In this document: positions 60,138 through 64,000 of the stretch, piece by piece | Position numbering within the stretch: the first letter of the stretch is position 1 | Layout: each line of letters begins with the position of its first letter | From: Candidatus Kapaibacterium sp. | GTDB taxonomy: Bacteria > Bacteroidota > Ignavibacteria > Kapaibacteriales > UBA2268 | NCBI GenBank assembly: GCA_963665665.1 | Contig: OY762428.1 | Coordinates: forward strand, 1,216,001-1,280,000 | Direction of reading: 5' to 3' | DNA length: 64,000 nt | Made by a program: the position numbers and the translations under genes | Notes under the pieces: model-generated | The model's input: the letters and a program-made list of their open reading frames with translations, nothing else | Told to the model about the DNA's origin: nothing | The model's database searches: none

Positions 60138-60917
60138 ATGAATTTAAAAGTTTTATTTTTTGCATTAATTATTGCCTTTACCGGCACTGCACAATCCCTT
60201 ATTGCCAATGATATTAATAAAAATGACAGCCTGAACAAAAATTTTTTGGAAAAAAAACCTTCTTTCAAAGCTATTGACCTGATAAAGGGGGATACAACCC
60301 TTCCGGATACAAGCTCCAAACCCGGGCCCCTTATGCCGGGTGGCCCAAAAATACACTACAATCCGTTACAGGACAGTGCATATTTCAGGGATTTATCAAT
60401 AAAAATTCCTGTAACCACCAGGCTTAACAATGATATGAAGAGATTTCTTGCTGAACGTGAAGCCAGGGTGGAACTATTAGAAGGCACTCCATGGAGATTT
60501 GCAGTAAAGAATATCGAAGAAATACCGAGAAAACTATTAGAGCCGTCTCCTGAAGAAATGGTTCAGTATCAGATAAATATCCGGCGCGGAATGGCGGCGC
60601 CGGGAGTGCAGAACCTGATGAATTCCGGGCTTAGCGTTCCGGTTGGCATGGTAGCAACCTTACTGGGCATAACCGAAGATGTCTCGCCCGAAATAAAATA
60701 CCAGCTGGAATATCCGGCTGATGTGAAGATAACGATTTACTCAGTAAATGCCAAAGCCATCGCTGTAATATTCGACGGGAAACAGATTCCCGGCAATTAC
60801 AAGATAACCTGGAATTTCCGCGATGATAATGGCAGGAAAGTTGCTGCGGGAGATTATGTAGGCGAAGTAAAAATCGGTAAGGACAAATATGTCCGTAAAA
60901 GGATTGTTAAACCCTAA
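60138..60917 (+). CDS. Secreted protein with C-terminal FlgD-Ig/CTD-like domain
   Basis: Signal peptide; IKYQL..ADVKITIY..G.Y.ITWN.RDDNG..VAAG.Y. Confidence 0.8.
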   Translation: MNLKVLFFALIIAFTGTAQSLIANDINKNDSLNKNFLEKKPSFKAIDLIKGDTTLPDTSSKPGPLMPGGPKIHYNPLQDSAYFRDLSIKIPVTTRLNNDMKRFLAEREARVELLEGTPWRFAVKNIEEIPRKLLEPSPEEMVQYQINIRRGMAAPGVQNLMNSGLSVPVGMVATLLGITEDVSPEIKYQLEYPADVKITIYSVNAKAIAVIFDGKQIPGNYKITWNFRDDNGRKVAAGDYVGEVKIGKDKYVRKRIVKP

Positions 60918-60950
60918 ATTACAGGTGATAAAATTAAAACAACAATAGCG

Positions 60951-61877
60951 TTGGCAATGATAGTAAAAAATGGTGGTGACTACCTGAGAAACGCAATCAA
61001 GTCAGTCAGCTCATTTTGCAGCCAGATAGTTGTTGTTGATACAGGCTCCGTTGATGACAGCCCTGCCGTAGCATCATCCGAAGGGGCGGAGTTGTATTTC
61101 TATCGTTGGAACGACGATTTTTCTGCTGCCAGAAATTACGCTATCTCTATGGTTCGAACTGAATGGATTATCATCATTGATGCAGATGAAGAATTTACAG
61201 GCAGCTTTAAAAATATTTACCCTCTTTTAAATAATAATTCCATTGGCGGAATTAATCTTCCGATATTGAATATTCTTGATGAAAAACATACCCGGAAAAC
61301 TCATAGATATACCCGTATTTTCAGAAACAGGAATGAAATCAGGTTTAATGGAATTATTCATGAACAGGTCAGGCCATCGATAGAAGAGGCCGGACTTGCT
61401 ATTAGCGAATCTGATGAAGAAATAGTTCATCACGGTTACAACATAAAATCCACAGACCGGACAGACCGAAATATCAGAATGCTGAATACTGAGCTAAAAA
61501 ATAAGCCTGACGACCATTTCTCTATATTCCATCTTGCACAGGCTGAGTTTGCGGCAGGAAATACAGACCAGGCGTATGAACATTTCAATCATATATTTGA
61601 TTCGAGTGAATTGTCAATACCACAGAACGAGATGGTGAAACTACGCATGGCCCAAATCAACCTTAATAAGAATAACATAGGCAATGTTCGGCATCTTTTG
61701 GATTTTGTCAGCTGCGATATCAATATTGAAGGCTTCCGAAAATATATTCTCGGGGCGGCAGCCCTTAGCCTCGGAGAAATGGATATTGCCAGAGAAATGT
61801 ATAATGCCGCTGAAGTTATTCAGAGTGAACTTACTGATAAAAATATACTTAGCAAAGTAATGTCAATCATTGACTAA
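60951..61877 (+). CDS. Glycosyltransferase family 2 with TPR tail
   Basis: MIVKN, VVDTGS.D, W.DDFSAARN, IDADE, F.G.IHEQ, HHGY; true start uncertain. Confidence 0.88.
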   Translation: MAMIVKNGGDYLRNAIKSVSSFCSQIVVVDTGSVDDSPAVASSEGAELYFYRWNDDFSAARNYAISMVRTEWIIIIDADEEFTGSFKNIYPLLNNNSIGGINLPILNILDEKHTRKTHRYTRIFRNRNEIRFNGIIHEQVRPSIEEAGLAISESDEEIVHHGYNIKSTDRTDRNIRMLNTELKNKPDDHFSIFHLAQAEFAAGNTDQAYEHFNHIFDSSELSIPQNEMVKLRMAQINLNKNNIGNVRHLLDFVSCDINIEGFRKYILGAAALSLGEMDIAREMYNAAEVIQSELTDKNILSKVMSIID

Positions 61878-62011
61878 TGCCTCGCCCCATATCGGATTTT
61901 TCAGGCCAGATAATTATAATTATATTTGAATAAATGGGTAAATACAATTTTTTATTTTGTTGATTGTTTTTATCCATGAAAAAACGAAATTGATATAAAC
62001 GGAGCAAATAA

Positions 62012-64000
62012 ATGACAGACGAGGAAGAATTATTATCATCATTTGATATGTCCGGGGAAAAAGAAATTGTCATACCCGAAAGATTGACAATACTGCCTTT
62101 GAGGGATATCATTATTTTTCCAAACATGATATTTCCTGTGCTGATCGGCAGGACATCGTCCTTGAAATCAGTTGCCGAAGCAGTGGAAAGAGAAAAAATG
62201 ATCTTTGTAACTGCACAAAAAAATCCGGAAATTGAAGAACCGTCCTTTGATGATATATATCGGCATGGCACTGTAGCCAAAGTTATTCAGATATTAAAAT
62301 TACCGAATAATTTACTTAAAGTTCTTGTGGACGGACTTTTCCAGGCAAGAATTAAAAGAAAACTGAAAACTAAAGATTATATGGAAGCAAAAATTGATAT
62401 TATCCCAAATATTTATGATGACAGGGATAAAGAATTAATTGCTTTTGTAAGGAATACAACAGAACTTTTCAGCGAATATATTAAAAATAACAACAGCCTG
62501 CCTCCGGACCTGGTCAGTGCTTTCGAAAATATCGATGACCCGGTTAAAAAGCTTTTCTATGCTGCAGCAAACGTTCAGACAAAAATTGAAAGAAGACAGA
62601 AATTATTAGAAATAAGAGACCTGAAAGAGCAGTATTTCGAACTGTCAACTATTTTAACGAGTGAAATCGAGCTTCTGAAACTTGAAAATGAAATTGGGGA
62701 CAAGGTTCATGACAGCATTCAGAAAACGCAGAGAAAATATTATATCCAGGAACAGATAAGATTATTACAGCAGGAACTCGGCGAGGATGAAGAAATTGCA
62801 CCCGAGCTGATTTCCATAAAAGAAGCAATAAATAATGCGAAAATGCCCGGGGAAATTCATGCTAAAGCAATGGAGGAATTTGAAAAACTCAAGAAAATTC
62901 CACAGATGTCGCCTGAATTTTCCGTTAACCGGGCTTATCTTGAACTTCTGACAGCAGTGCCCTGGCACGAACTAACTTATGACAACCTTGATATCGAACA
63001 TGTCAGGACAATACTTGATGAAGACCATTACGACCTGGAAAAACCAAAGGACAGAATTCTTGAATTTATTGCCGTTTTGAATCTTGTAAAAAATTTGAAA
63101 AGGCAGATATTATGCCTTGTGGGGCCTCCAGGTGTTGGTAAAACATCACTGGCAAGGTCGATTGCAAGAGCGCTTGGCAGAAAATTTATACGATTCTCGC
63201 TTGGAGGAGTACGAGACGAAGCAGAAATACGCGGACACAGGCGAACCTATATCGGGGCCATGCCCGGCAAAATAATCCAGTCCATGAAAAAAGCAGGTAC
63301 AATTAATCCGGTTATCCTTCTTGACGAAGTTGACAAAATGGCTATGGATTTCAGGGGAGACCCTACTTCAGCGCTGCTTGAAGTACTTGATCCCGAACAA
63401 AATGTGGCTTTTAACGACCATTATCTTGAAGTTGACTATGACCTCTCGCAGGTTATGTTCATAACAACAGCCAACGTGCGTTACGATATTCCACTGCCGC
63501 TGCAGGACAGAATGGAAATTATCGAGCTTAGCAGCTACCTGGACCCGACAAAACTGGAAATTGCAAAAAGGCATCTTATACCTAAGCTGCTTACAGAATT
63601 CGGCCTTGATAAAATGAAAATTGACTTCCAGGATGATGCTATTTTAAAAATTATCAGGGAATATACCCGCGAATCGGGAGTCAGGAATTTAGAACGCAAT
63701 ATTGCCTCGGTTCTGCGCAAGCTTGCTAAAGAAATGGTTACGGACTTCGATAAAAAACGAAAAAAACCTGAAGAGGGCGAGCAAAGAAAAGCCCTGAGGG
63801 AACTTCCCGAATTCAGGAAATCAGTAAGCCGAAGAAAATTTTTGATCAATTCAAAGAAAATCGAAGAATTCCTGAAAGCGCCTAAATTCAAGCCGGAAAA
63901 GGATGACCTGAAAGACAAGGTGGGCGTAGCAATGGGCCTTGCATGGACAAGCGTCGGGGGTTCAACACTGCCGGTGGAAATAACTATGATGCCCGGCCCG
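62012..64000 (+). CDS. lon: Lon protease (truncated by window edge)
   Basis: Not in ORF track; ATG 62012 after GGAG: MTDEEE..LPLRDIIIFPNM; LVGPPGVGKTS, LGGVRDEAEIRGHRRTYIGAMPG, LLDEVDK, ALLEVLDPEQN, GLAWT. Confidence 0.97.
   Translation, partial: MTDEEELLSSFDMSGEKEIVIPERLTILPLRDIIIFPNMIFPVLIGRTSSLKSVAEAVEREKMIFVTAQKNPEIEEPSFDDIYRHGTVAKVIQILKLPNNLLKVLVDGLFQARIKRKLKTKDYMEAKIDIIPNIYDDRDKELIAFVRNTTELFSEYIKNNNSLPPDLVSAFENIDDPVKKLFYAAANVQTKIERRQKLLEIRDLKEQYFELSTILTSEIELLKLENEIGDKVHDSIQKTQRKYYIQEQIRLLQQELGEDEEIAPELISIKEAINNAKMPGEIHAKAMEEFEKLKKIPQMSPEFSVNRAYLELLTAVPWHELTYDNLDIEHVRTILDEDHYDLEKPKDRILEFIAVLNLVKNLKRQILCLVGPPGVGKTSLARSIARALGRKFIRFSLGGVRDEAEIRGHRRTYIGAMPGKIIQSMKKAGTINPVILLDEVDKMAMDFRGDPTSALLEVLDPEQNVAFNDHYLEVDYDLSQVMFITTANVRYDIPLPLQDRMEIIELSSYLDPTKLEIAKRHLIPKLLTEFGLDKMKIDFQDDAILKIIREYTRESGVRNLERNIASVLRKLAKEMVTDFDKKRKKPEEGEQRKALRELPEFRKSVSRRKFLINSKKIEEFLKAPKFKPEKDDLKDKVGVAMGLAWTSVGGSTLPVEITMMPGP

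Noticed and set aside
61867-63918. Minus-strand ORFs near the window end
   Set aside because: Antisense shadows of lon.

Overview
A 64-kb chromosomal segment from an AT-rich FCB-group bacterium. T9SS C-terminal sorting domains, a PorV paralogue, a GWxTD protein, holB-ricT synteny and TAnnTTTG promoter boxes point to a Kapabacteria/Ignavibacteria-like Bacteroidota relative (inference). Housekeeping content: uvrA, LPS enzymes, PolX-PHP, holB, ricT, fused 2-oxoacid dehydrogenase E1, a complete Rrf2-sufBCDS-sufU-sufT operon, an ADP-forming acyl-CoA synthetase and lon. Two genes cut by the window edges are missing from the ORF track: a Zn-ribbon/AAA_28 protein at 1-601 and lon at 62012-64000. Most notable: (1) a non-coding ~1.8-kb two-fold-symmetric element centred at 44305, with an extremely AT-rich core flanked by inverted homologous junctions and two outward-facing arrays of the same degenerate 21-bp repeat; (2) an ECF sigma with a dual-membrane-spanning-type anti-sigma upstream of a T9SS cargo / TonB-dependent receptor / 1521-aa cargo / dedicated PorV module; (3) a catalytically dead GH2 fused to a polytopic membrane domain; (4) a Cys-bracketed loop with 24 His in a metal TonB receptor; (5) a Cys-rich secreted protein with a structured leader, next to a palindrome-flanked Asp-box T9SS gene. 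No rRNA, tRNA, CRISPR array or transposase was seen. All assignments are from motif reading by eye; no database searches were run.
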